Positions 21,701 to 29,640 of a stretch of DNA of 35,082 nt are shown here, one piece after another. The notes beneath the pieces were generated by a model. It was not told where the DNA came from, made no database searches, and saw only the letters and a program-made list of their open reading frames with translations. A program made the position numbers and the translations under genes. Source of the stretch: Ministeria vibrans ATCC 50519 (taxonomy: Eukaryota > Protista > Filasterea); NCBI GenBank assembly GCA_943704425.1, contig CALSCP010001228.1:1-35082 (forward strand), given 5' to 3'. The first letter of the stretch is position 1, and every line of letters starts with the position of its first letter.

Positions 21701-24700
21701 ACTTGACCACGGGCGGTCACGATTTCCGCTCGGTCGCCTACCACTTGCGCAAGTATGCGGACTTTGCCGTGAGCGACTCGACCAATCTGCAACAGACGGT
21801 GGTCACGCTGTTTGGATGCCTGCAAAACTCCACGGTGGAGAAAACGATGCAGTCCATGCTCACGAATCAAACCTTCCTTGATCTGTCCAAGGCTAACAAT
21901 GCGGGTCCGCCCACCTCCTACCGCTCTTGCTTTGTCTCTGCCACACACGTGCCCTCCTACTTCAAGTCGTCCCTCGACGGCTCGAGTCTTATCAGCACCG
22001 ACGGGCAGATATTGCTGGGCGCCTCGTGCAAAACCAATGACATTGTGCCTATCGCGGGTGCGGTTGCGCCTCCCTCGTCCACCGCTGACAAGTATCCCGC
22101 AGGTCTTGGCTTCATTGCCGATACCCCTCCCACCACCTTCAAGACACCCGACGTGGGCGACAACGATCTGTGTGCCTCGGGTGCCACCTATGCGGCAACT
22201 GCATCGCAATGTGCGCTTGCCTACCCGCAAACAGTTTACCTGTTTGGGGTGAAGGGCCGTCTCGACTCGCAGTCGGGTCCGGCCTGGCGCGTGGGCGGTG
22301 GCAAGGGCACCCTCCTTGGCTTTATTGACCATGAGTCGACGGTCGTCTCGTACGAGGCGTGTCTTGGCACAGCACCGTACAAGTGCGACGCCGCCCCACG
22401 TCGCTCCACTGGAGCAACTGCCGCTGTGACCTTTAGCAATGCGGTCATGACCGAGGGCACGCGCTACTTTACGACTGTGTGGGCGCACAACGGCGCCGGT
22501 CTGGTGAACTCGTCGTACACCAATGGGTTTGTTTATGACACGAGTGCACCCGAGCCCGGCCGCATTGTCGACGGCACAAACATCGACGTGGATGTCGACT
22601 ACGTTGGTGTTAACAACCAACTCGCCGCGTGCTTTGACGCCTTTGCTACTCCTTCGGGCGTTGCCTTTTATCAAATCGGCTGGGGTACGTTCCCCGGTCA
22701 GGACGACATTTTTGGCTTTGAGACGCTCTCGGCGCCCCTCCCAAGTGTCATTTGCATCACGCGTGTCCCCAGTCCTGTGCTCACGCCGCTGCGTGACTAC
22801 TACTTTACGGTGCGTGCTGTCACACTACACGGCCTTGTGACCGAGGGCCGTAGCGATGGGTTCCTTGTGGACACGTCGCCGCCCTTGACCTACTACGTTT
22901 ACGACGGAGATAGTGCCACGGACGAGGCGTACCTCACGCCCGAAACGGCACCACTGTGGGGCCGTTGGCTCATGCTTGAGGACTCCCCGTCAACCATTAA
23001 CTACGACGTGGCCATCGAGACGCTCACTGGCGAATCCGTCGTGCCCTATGCTGACATGGGTCCGCTTACGTCCGCCTCCTTTGCCGGTGCTTCTCTCGCC
23101 GACGGCCTTTCCTATCGATTTGCCGTGCGCGGTACAAACCAGGCAGGTCTTTCGACCGTTGCCTACTCCAACGGCTTCCTCGTGGACATGAGTCCGCCCA
23201 CGGCAGGCGTTGTGGTCATCACAGGACCGTCCGTGGAGTCGCGCGTCCCCGGCTACGTTGCCCCTGTCAATGGTGCCGTGAAGTACTTATCGGTGCTCAA
23301 CGAGGCGTGTTTCACAATCGCCGGCTTTGCCGAGCCGCACGCATCGCTTACCGGTTATGAGGTGCGGTACGTGCTGAGCGAGCCTAACGCCGAGTCATCG
23401 CCGAGCTGGGTGACCAGCACGACGCTGTTGCCCAATGCGACTGACTCGTGCATTAGCCTGAGCGGCACCGCAGAAGGTCTCACGCTTGCCATCAGTATTC
23501 GTGCCGTGTCGATCACGGGCACGGCAACCGAAGCAGTCAGTCAGGTCGTGCGATTTTCGGTGGTACCGCCGCAGGGCAGTGTCGCGCGTGACGGTCTCAC
23601 CCTTGAGGATCTCGAGTATGTTCCGTGCTCGCCCGTGGGCGAGCCTACAACACGCATGTGTGCCAACTGGGACGCGTTTTCGACGCCCGGCACCGGCGGT
23701 GGACGCGTGGTTGCCTACCAGCTCGCTTATGCCGGTCTTGCGTCCGTCTTCAATGTGACCGAGGGCTGTGGTGCACCCTTGCCCTCCGTCTACAACACAC
23801 CTGCAACCACCGTCGTCCAGACCATTACGGGCTTTATTGCCTCCGGTCTCTCGGCAAACGTCTCGACCAACGGCGTTCGTTGCGACGCGTCGCCGCCGAC
23901 CGTGGGTGTCGTCGACACCCAGTGTGCCATTGTGGTGAGTGGCGAAGACGCGCTTCGTCAGCAGACATGGCGTCAGTCGGGTTTCACAGTGCCCACGCCC
24001 ACCATTGCCTATGTGGCATCGGCCGCCGACGTGTGCTTCCACTGGTCCAACTTTACGGAGAACGACATTCCTGGCGGTGTCACGTATCAATTTGGACTGG
24101 GCCTCAATGCCATGGCGCCCGCCAACGTGCTTCCCTTTGAGAACACCGGCACCGTCACGTCGGTTGTCGCAACCGGCCTGGCCAATGTCTTTGCCGGCTC
24201 TAGCGTGCCCATCTACGGTTTGGTGCGTGCGACCAACATCGCCAACATGTCGTCGATTGGCGCGTCGCAGGCTGTCTGGGTGGACTCGGCAAAGCCAACG
24301 GTCACGTCGATGACTGTCACCAACAGTGTGGGCTCGCAGACACAAACGGTCACTGACCTGCTCTGTGCCAACGTGACGGGTCTCACCGCCAACGGTCCGA
24401 GTGGTCTCGCACGAGTAGTCTATGCCGCCGTAGACTCGACTGGTTCGCGTGTATCATCGTACGTCGCCGTCGATCCGGCGCTCTGGTCGAACCCCTTCTT
24501 TGAGATTTGTTTGTCGCCGACCGTCGGGGCGCTGCAGACCCTTGTTAACAATGCACGCTACACGGTACAGTTGTATGCGACGTCGGGCGCGAGTGTCACC
24601 AATGTGTACCAGAGCGGCGCGATCCTCATCGACACGCTTGCGCCGTCCGCTGGCAACGTCGCGCTCATTGTCGACGGTGTGCTCGATCAGCCGTTTCTTG

Positions 24701-27700
24701 CCGACTCAGACAACAGCGGTGCGTGTGCCTCGTGGTCGGGTGTCAATGATGTCGGCAGTGGACTTGCCTCCGTTCATGTGCAGCTTGTGAAGAGCACTGC
24801 ATCTGCCCAGGGTGCTGTTGAGGTGGACGTAAACGTGGGAGTTGCCGCGTCTGAGGGCACTCACTGCTTCTCGCCCACCGTCAACGACGAGCAATATTTT
24901 TTCCGTGTGATCGCCACTGATGTGGCGGGTCTTCGTGCCACGAGTGAGTCGGCCACTTTCCTGGTCGACAAGACCTTCCCAGTGGGTTCGGTGAGTGCCG
25001 CGTCGTACGTGGCGGCGGGTGCGCAGGTGACGTATGCCGGAAGCGATCCCGAGACGGCTGTTGTTTCGACGCGTCTTGGCTTTGGTTCGTCGTCGACGGG
25101 CACAGCTAATCTTGTGCCGTTTGCGCCCATGTTTCTCTCGGCGGCGACTCTCAGCTATGCATTTGCAGTGCCGTCCGGCACCGAGGGCTATCTCATCTTG
25201 GAGCTGACCAACGGTGCGGGCATGGTCAGTCTGTCATACTCGAGCTTGGTGACCGTCGACGCGTCCGGTCCGACGCCCAGCCAGGTGTTCAATCGTGTGT
25301 GTGCCACCAACTCGGTACAAGATCGCTTTATTCAGGTGGACGACTCTATCACGGCGTGTTGGTTGCCTTTTTCGGATCCCCAGACCCCCTTCCACTACGT
25401 GTTGTCGATCGTGGAGGCGCGCGATGGCACTACGCCAGCCAACACTATGCCAAGCTCCCCCGTCTTTGCCGTGCCCTACACGTACGCGGCAGCCGAGAAC
25501 GTCACCATGGTCACTTTGGATCCGTTGCCGGGCAGCGTCAAGCTGACCAACGGTAAGCGCTACGTCACGTGCATTTCGGGTGTGAACCAGGCTGGTATCT
25601 ATGGGGAGGCGAGCTGCACGTTGAGCTACCTTGTGGACACAACGCCGCCCGTGGCCGGCCAGGTCCATGGTGGTGTCAACGAGACCATCTACGAGCAGTC
25701 CACCGACAAGCTCTTTACCATCTTTTGGGGGAATTTCTCCGATCCCGAGTCGGGTCCCACCGCAAACAACGGCTCCTTTGCCTGGCTCGTCGGCTACACG
25801 AACCGCTCGGACATTCTGAGCGAGCCGTCGCTCACCACGTCGGGTTTGCTCAAGAACGTTGGCTATTTGCCCACGCTGGGACGGTACGAGTGGGTGGGAC
25901 TCTCACTTAATCACGGCCAGCAATACTATGGCGTGGTGTGCGCCGTCAATGCTGCCGGCGGCACCACCTGTGTCCGCTCCAATCCGGTCATGGTCAACAC
26001 AACGCTACCCGCAAGCTTTTTCTATGCAACCGAACCGCCGCGTTTCAACGCGACCAACGGCTACAACGGCTATCCGTACACCTCCGACAACGAGACGTTT
26101 GTGTACGAGCTTACGTCGTGCGTCGACGAGGTCTCCGGCTGTGCCTACTGCCTCGTGTGTGTCTCATCGGATCGCGATGGCAATTGCGGTGTGTTGCCTC
26201 AGACTAACTTGGGACTGTTGCAGACGCTTATTTTGCAGAACTCGACGCTCGACCAGAACACATTCTACTACTACAATGTGACCTGTTGCAATCACGGTGG
26301 CCTGTGCGACTCGAAGCTTACGACAGGCGTGCTTGTCGATGTGACCCCGCCCGAGACGGTTTCGCGTCCGCACTTGCGTCTGCCTACCCCCTCCCACGTG
26401 CCCTTTCCCAATGCGCCTGTGTGCGAGCAATGCGGACGTGCGATTGAAGTGCAGACAAACACGTCGGCGTCGGAGTGGACGCTCTTCTCAGGTTGGGCCA
26501 CCGAGCTCGTGGTGGTGGTGGAGCCGCGCGACAACGAGACGGGTGTGCTCAACACGACGGTGGTGGTGACGTCGCTCTCAAAGGGCATCGTCTATGGTAC
26601 ATTGGATGGCCTGCGTCAGGGCCCTGAGCCCGCCGTGTTTCCTACGCCCGCCGACAACAGCGACTTTGCCGGCACACTCTCGCCCATCAGTGTACCCAAT
26701 CTCAACATGACGCAGGGTGAGCGATTGACCGTGCAGTACACGGCGACCAACGGGGCATTTTCTCCCTCCACTAGCGCTCTCACCCACGTAGTCATTGATT
26801 TAACACCACCGCCGGCACCCCGCGTGTGGGTTTCGCTTGCGGGCATCAATGCCGCTGACAAGGTGCTCACGTCCTACTTGCCCCACTCGGACAACATCAC
26901 CTTCCACTATACGGTTCCCGAAGATCCCGATGCGACCCCCATTGTGCAAGTGTACGCGAGTGTGCAAGCGTACAACCGCAACACCGGCCTCATGGTACCC
27001 TTTAGCGAGTACCCTGCCGGTGATGTGTGGTCGCTGTGCGGCATGGACGGTACATGTGCCATCAAATGGACCGAGGACACCGTGCCGGACGACGGCAATG
27101 CATACCGTGTTGCCGTGCGCACAGTCAACGCTGCGGGTGTCCCTTCGGCAGTGAGTCTGAGCGAACTGACCGTGGTGGACACGAGTGCACCGCATCCGGG
27201 CAGCATCCACGAAGGCTCGGGCACGGTGGACGTGTCGGCTTCCTTTGGCGAGCTGTGGTGCACGGGCGCGGTGGAATTTGACGCTCACAGCCACATTGTA
27301 ACCGTGGTGTATCTGCTGAACGCTTCAAGTTTGGCGGCGCCCGTCTTCGAGACGGTGGTGGAGCCAACGGCGTCGACGGGTGCGGTAAGTGTGCGTGTGC
27401 CGAGTGAGCTGCTGTCAGATGACACGCAGTACACATGTGCCATGATGGCCACCAATGCGGCCGGTCTTTTCACGGTGGTACAGGGCAACGGAGTGCAGTA
27501 CCACCCGCCGTCAGTTGAGGTGACACTGCCCACGAGCGGCTCATCCGTGTGGTCGTTCTCGTTGGGGTTGCCCGACAGCGCCGTAGGTTGGTCGTCTTTG
27601 TCGCTGTCGATGATGTCGTCTTCAGTGCAAGCAGGACCAACGACGCTCGACGTGAACTTCCCGACGCTCGGTGTGAACGGTCCTGTGTTGGGCAATGGTG

Positions 27701-29640
27701 CTCGTCGTCGTAGCGCGCTCGTGAGCCACGGCTGGCCCACACAGCTGTGGTATGTAGCACCCGATAACTCGCCGGGCCTACTGCGTGCCATCTGGTTTAT
27801 GGGTCAGAACGAGTGGGGCAACGACTCGGCGCTGTACACCGACTTTGCGCCGCCCATGACGATTCAGCTTCAGTCGGATGCCAACAACATTGTGTCGACG
27901 GGCGCGTCGGACAACCTGACACACGTCGATGTGTTGCGCTGGAACGAGACGGTGGGTGTGTGGCAGTCGAGCTACTGTGGTCTGCCTGTGAACGAGACGC
28001 TGCTGCAGTGGGGCGCGCGCTATCATTCCTTCACGACGTGCCGGAGTGGCTACTTTGCATTGTGGTTGCGCACGGAGGAGAACAGCTCACTGCCGGCGAG
28101 TGTTATTGCCGGTGCGGGAGTAGGTGCAGTCGTACTGTTGCTGCTGTTGGTGCTCCTCTTGGTGTTTGTGGTGCGGTACCGTCGTGTGTTTCACCGCAAG
28201 AAGCGCATTCGCAGGCGACAACAGGCATCGATGAGTGCGGCGTCGCTTTGGAGCAACACGTCGTCGGTGATCATGGGCGAGTCGGTGCACATGGGGGCAA
28301 CGGCGCTCAATGTGTTTGGCGGAGACACAATTGGCGAGAGCAACGACCACGAGACACTGGATGTGCTTGAGATTGCTACCATGATGGCGATGAGTGACCT
28401 AGACGGCTCGGCGTCGCTCGACGACCGAGACCACGACTCGATGAGCCAGACGTCGTCGGCGACGGGCCAATTGTCGGGCGCGCAGCTGTTTGTTAACGAG
28501 GCCTACGAGGGCTTTGAGGGCTACGACACAGTTTACGACAAGGGCAGCGTGTCGCACAGCCATGACGACGACGACTTTGCCATTGAGGGTGGTGAGGCAC
28601 ACATGGCGGAAGAGGATGGCGGGGCGATTGTGGCTGCTATGTTCAAGGTGCAATTGACGGAGGCGCAGCGGTGGGATGCGATTGGGGAGGTGCTCACGCG
28701 CGTGTCAGACGAGTTGGTGCAGCGTGATCAGGAGCTGGAGGAGCAGATGCATGCGTATGGACACAAGCGGGAGCTGGCGAGCATGAAGGTGCAGAAGAGT
28801 GCATTTGGAGTACTCAAGCGAATGTCGCAGCACCAGTCAGCGGGGTCGTCGTCGATGGGGGCGCACTCGCATGCGGCGCAAGAAGAGGCTGTGATCAAGG
28901 TGAGCACGGAGAAGGAAGTGAAGAGCGCCATTGATGTGGCGCAGCAGCTGTCGGTCGTGGGCCAGCAGTGCCAGATGCTGTGTCCCGACGCCCGACTGCG
29001 CGCCATTATTGTGGCGCATGTGGAGCATCTGCAGAACACGGTGATGGCCTTTTCAATTGTGAAGCGACGCGCGACGGTTACCGAACGACTGGTGTTTGCG
29101 CGCAAGATGCGCCAGTTGCAGGCGCAGCTGGTCGAAGCGTGTGTGGCGGCGTCGATTGCGTACGAGACGGACGTTGCCGAGGTCAATGCCGAGACGTGGC
29201 GCAAGACAGTGCGCATCAAGGCGGGCGCCAAGAAGCGCTCGGCTCTGCGTGAAAGTGTGCTCGTTGATCCGGCTCTCTCGGCGGTGGTTGCAGGAGCGCG
29301 CAATACCGCGCCTGACGGTGCTGCCGAGTACGAGACGTTGGGCGACGCGACGGGCGAAGAGTACGGCGGCAGACACGACGGTCTTCTCGACACAATTGAC
29401 ACTGGATCAGAAGCGCAGCAGCAACAGCAGGAGAAAACAGATGCGTGGCCGGGCAGTGATTCTGCAAGTATGTTTGGTGCACTGAGTGGGTTGGAAGCGC
29501 CTGTGCGGCAACAGCAGCAGCAGCGGATATATGAGAGTGCCGGAATGGACGATGCACCGGCAGCATCTGCGCTGACTGCCAGTACTGAAGTCGACGACAT
29601 TCTCGGTGGCCTTGATAATTTTTTGGATTTGGGTGAATGA
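15766..29640 (+). CDS. Giant single-pass type I membrane protein (>=4,624 aa in one terminal exon): vitellogenin-N/MTP-like domain, RNRR site, AMOP, ~21 DxTPP beta-sandwich (FN3/Ig-like) repeats with an intelectin/fibrinogen-like insert, GPS-like module, TM helix, cytoplasmic vinculin/alpha-catenin-like tail; 5' exon(s) not identified
   Basis: Acceptor ctctgtag at 15765 is in frame with the 4593-aa ORF. AMOP motifs: LPACPC, KPGAQLC, QQCCY, GAGS, HFVADMAP..C, RRP. Recurring VD.TPP..G.V.DG / F.DPESGI..Y / V.A.N.AGL...SNG units. TM helix VIAGAGVGAVVLLLLLVLLLVFVV (28102-28173) is followed by the basic stop-transfer RYRRVFHRKKRIRRR. Confidence 0.9.
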   Translation, partial: ELLDGSVPEEYYVVFNSSGVLDHILTHSNEEVDRAPLTNLFDRIAHAFGFDWSAHGTRDDHDIHGAHSAVYTVGETPLARVRTRSLDNHPGMSTRHGGHRQQAEWNHVTEAHWSQTHGLPESFHVRESGSVPLAPDTRTAPVDVPLHQSAGESARALRSAELTLQLMHVEPTGATAMLQEYHQREQRPVPLCSSETRQPADLLASRPVHPSTPDGADASEQQLAQLVHALAMAESAELEMDSKTLSAHVDFVRAHPNAVTLLFNRFLSTASAPSSVTDKTRRLVLSILGLAAGPTAESMLLRCLQGECGTLVNPSSGAATALEWDVVHALGQLRHASSSTLHALHAHTIDAPAKHYLWPLVGALVRHMHPSPSTAASLDALAAATRACSNHHVECVVAGLNALGNAGGAHHSPDALSTIHDHLEHPSEPVVVAATQALRHVPTLDAETQLLDRLCDHPSPAVRLSALSALHDRVLSTDAVRRLSHTEQQLVDRVSRSEPNDALAHDARVTQDLAALLDHNRVTRATAVVRQARRAVKHVRNRRYITNAPTVALLTGGYANSWSDVFGVEEAGTSISMASDNSGSITMAGASETTTRSELKAHSTVNGVFLQARFPMAEVLAAVTSTLDEHSVPANALNAGQDPRLDCSQLSTVNSAAFAALPACPCSIAKDSNGIFINPDRSLWVNSYESSLMLAFYKPGAQLCLTSRLQTPTGPRVAEQQCCYATPLGASAFELITLGDGAGSVLSVSPWYNYAREHFVADMAPLISCRNQNQRATYTTRRPTLSGTCTAQDSGVTSPASSEPIRLANVAGEQLIMSYTGYSAQLKPSITALTSVIGYGHVPLSNEVLPVSLSMDQAELLLLFDMIAAQNCVQALDGTAAFTDDMFSAMVSFALSLGCTAFTASPLASSVNNVAAVPSNFLQYTQSDLPSGVTFLVNRRQAEGELFLRGVPLVLTPTYQSSATLFKIAGNVLSSVTPFTTLGQSPTLASYSYATSHPRTAVRFFGPSPVSISFSTAVFSWTSTGNGFYSGSINMQIQPSLAKFSASAVSSVDLTVAASSQISQDGEEGKLALSADIAKQSPSSSVSQTLKEFPYTFEHNDFVDSTPVSTTLTLEYRWQDPVCGSCGKGCQSCKWEWTSWTTIPVWNLNLPSQHQVVVQDQVTLTESPGPYGATVFDGSAERELDFSQNTRFALCSWNAFAVTNTRIALYEVGLVTSASATPTTWMPVGTARFAAIYPSGGIQSAQLCAVRGTTFGGQKLVQYSNGFDIDTTPPLVGVVFDGELNADLTYTSVQYSAMGSWTMNDPTSGPIATEITVALAPFTTELLVPWVFVGAVKTYTQWFTLQTALPQDTTVYYGVRGINEAGLMSVQWSNGVTIDLTPPVLPSPGVLISSARRALLPAVNDESSDILRFFQSDASRVNVTFPALNDPDSGISTVDVACGPSPGDITTAVASATGLTYVSSSPWHEFTELSLVHESSYFCWIVAYNGAEDHAVYIGPAFVVDTEAPVVLRVLDGNAATDEVFQETPSEACVSWLAQDNTSSIVRVEWAVGTAVNTDDVLSWGPASNQVSAGRDCRTVSPPMTDETMLFTSVRVTDAAGSVSAPMSSNGFIVDDTPPVAGAVLDGCTVSGSDIEFQADPTRACVTLTGFSDVDSGILGYKVAYGTSPGSESLAPFTWVDGLALSITEGLNLTAGVPVYGTVRVYNGAGLFTQASSNGFVTAPYPPALGTVFDGQNATVDQAFTSNPTHICGTWSGFSEPISGVTYSVALGSQRWLTDLAPLRSVGTDTDYCFTNVSVALGVTAHVIVTATSGANLKTSTSSNGMVVDTTEPVAGLINDGPGSDVEYIKDLAQASWSATPAPTLYGYSDQVGPPEPKSTAQFAYLAEDLIVFQPADVRVPVAGNDCDDVLRRSGGTATTGLYIVQGEMSSAVQLMCEMTTAGGGVELIAAYTDADGAHWNYTSDWGFGPAFGNVGDLDLTTGGHDFRSVAYHLRKYADFAVSDSTNLQQTVVTLFGCLQNSTVEKTMQSMLTNQTFLDLSKANNAGPPTSYRSCFVSATHVPSYFKSSLDGSSLISTDGQILLGASCKTNDIVPIAGAVAPPSSTADKYPAGLGFIADTPPTTFKTPDVGDNDLCASGATYAATASQCALAYPQTVYLFGVKGRLDSQSGPAWRVGGGKGTLLGFIDHESTVVSYEACLGTAPYKCDAAPRRSTGATAAVTFSNAVMTEGTRYFTTVWAHNGAGLVNSSYTNGFVYDTSAPEPGRIVDGTNIDVDVDYVGVNNQLAACFDAFATPSGVAFYQIGWGTFPGQDDIFGFETLSAPLPSVICITRVPSPVLTPLRDYYFTVRAVTLHGLVTEGRSDGFLVDTSPPLTYYVYDGDSATDEAYLTPETAPLWGRWLMLEDSPSTINYDVAIETLTGESVVPYADMGPLTSASFAGASLADGLSYRFAVRGTNQAGLSTVAYSNGFLVDMSPPTAGVVVITGPSVESRVPGYVAPVNGAVKYLSVLNEACFTIAGFAEPHASLTGYEVRYVLSEPNAESSPSWVTSTTLLPNATDSCISLSGTAEGLTLAISIRAVSITGTATEAVSQVVRFSVVPPQGSVARDGLTLEDLEYVPCSPVGEPTTRMCANWDAFSTPGTGGGRVVAYQLAYAGLASVFNVTEGCGAPLPSVYNTPATTVVQTITGFIASGLSANVSTNGVRCDASPPTVGVVDTQCAIVVSGEDALRQQTWRQSGFTVPTPTIAYVASAADVCFHWSNFTENDIPGGVTYQFGLGLNAMAPANVLPFENTGTVTSVVATGLANVFAGSSVPIYGLVRATNIANMSSIGASQAVWVDSAKPTVTSMTVTNSVGSQTQTVTDLLCANVTGLTANGPSGLARVVYAAVDSTGSRVSSYVAVDPALWSNPFFEICLSPTVGALQTLVNNARYTVQLYATSGASVTNVYQSGAILIDTLAPSAGNVALIVDGVLDQPFLADSDNSGACASWSGVNDVGSGLASVHVQLVKSTASAQGAVEVDVNVGVAASEGTHCFSPTVNDEQYFFRVIATDVAGLRATSESATFLVDKTFPVGSVSAASYVAAGAQVTYAGSDPETAVVSTRLGFGSSSTGTANLVPFAPMFLSAATLSYAFAVPSGTEGYLILELTNGAGMVSLSYSSLVTVDASGPTPSQVFNRVCATNSVQDRFIQVDDSITACWLPFSDPQTPFHYVLSIVEARDGTTPANTMPSSPVFAVPYTYAAAENVTMVTLDPLPGSVKLTNGKRYVTCISGVNQAGIYGEASCTLSYLVDTTPPVAGQVHGGVNETIYEQSTDKLFTIFWGNFSDPESGPTANNGSFAWLVGYTNRSDILSEPSLTTSGLLKNVGYLPTLGRYEWVGLSLNHGQQYYGVVCAVNAAGGTTCVRSNPVMVNTTLPASFFYATEPPRFNATNGYNGYPYTSDNETFVYELTSCVDEVSGCAYCLVCVSSDRDGNCGVLPQTNLGLLQTLILQNSTLDQNTFYYYNVTCCNHGGLCDSKLTTGVLVDVTPPETVSRPHLRLPTPSHVPFPNAPVCEQCGRAIEVQTNTSASEWTLFSGWATELVVVVEPRDNETGVLNTTVVVTSLSKGIVYGTLDGLRQGPEPAVFPTPADNSDFAGTLSPISVPNLNMTQGERLTVQYTATNGAFSPSTSALTHVVIDLTPPPAPRVWVSLAGINAADKVLTSYLPHSDNITFHYTVPEDPDATPIVQVYASVQAYNRNTGLMVPFSEYPAGDVWSLCGMDGTCAIKWTEDTVPDDGNAYRVAVRTVNAAGVPSAVSLSELTVVDTSAPHPGSIHEGSGTVDVSASFGELWCTGAVEFDAHSHIVTVVYLLNASSLAAPVFETVVEPTASTGAVSVRVPSELLSDDTQYTCAMMATNAAGLFTVVQGNGVQYHPPSVEVTLPTSGSSVWSFSLGLPDSAVGWSSLSLSMMSSSVQAGPTTLDVNFPTLGVNGPVLGNGARRRSALVSHGWPTQLWYVAPDNSPGLLRAIWFMGQNEWGNDSALYTDFAPPMTIQLQSDANNIVSTGASDNLTHVDVLRWNETVGVWQSSYCGLPVNETLLQWGARYHSFTTCRSGYFALWLRTEENSSLPASVIAGAGVGAVVLLLLLVLLLVFVVRYRRVFHRKKRIRRRQQASMSAASLWSNTSSVIMGESVHMGATALNVFGGDTIGESNDHETLDVLEIATMMAMSDLDGSASLDDRDHDSMSQTSSATGQLSGAQLFVNEAYEGFEGYDTVYDKGSVSHSHDDDDFAIEGGEAHMAEEDGGAIVAAMFKVQLTEAQRWDAIGEVLTRVSDELVQRDQELEEQMHAYGHKRELASMKVQKSAFGVLKRMSQHQSAGSSSMGAHSHAAQEEAVIKVSTEKEVKSAIDVAQQLSVVGQQCQMLCPDARLRAIIVAHVEHLQNTVMAFSIVKRRATVTERLVFARKMRQLQAQLVEACVAASIAYETDVAEVNAETWRKTVRIKAGAKKRSALRESVLVDPALSAVVAGARNTAPDGAAEYETLGDATGEEYGGRHDGLLDTIDTGSEAQQQQQEKTDAWPGSDSASMFGALSGLEAPVRQQQQQRIYESAGMDDAPAASALTASTEVDDILGGLDNFLDLGE

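Noticed and set aside
21031-22674. Long antisense ORFs (547 aa here; also 2274-3305, 7723-9132, 23395-24345, 28728-29744, 33717-34691) as overlapping genes
   Set aside because: These are expected shadows of GC-rich, codon-biased or low-complexity coding sequence on the opposite strand, with no recognisable motifs.
28174-29640. Direct EVH1 ligand in the receptor tail linking it to the neighbouring Ena/VASP
   Set aside because: There is no [FL]PPPP motif in the cytoplasmic tail, so direct binding is unsupported.
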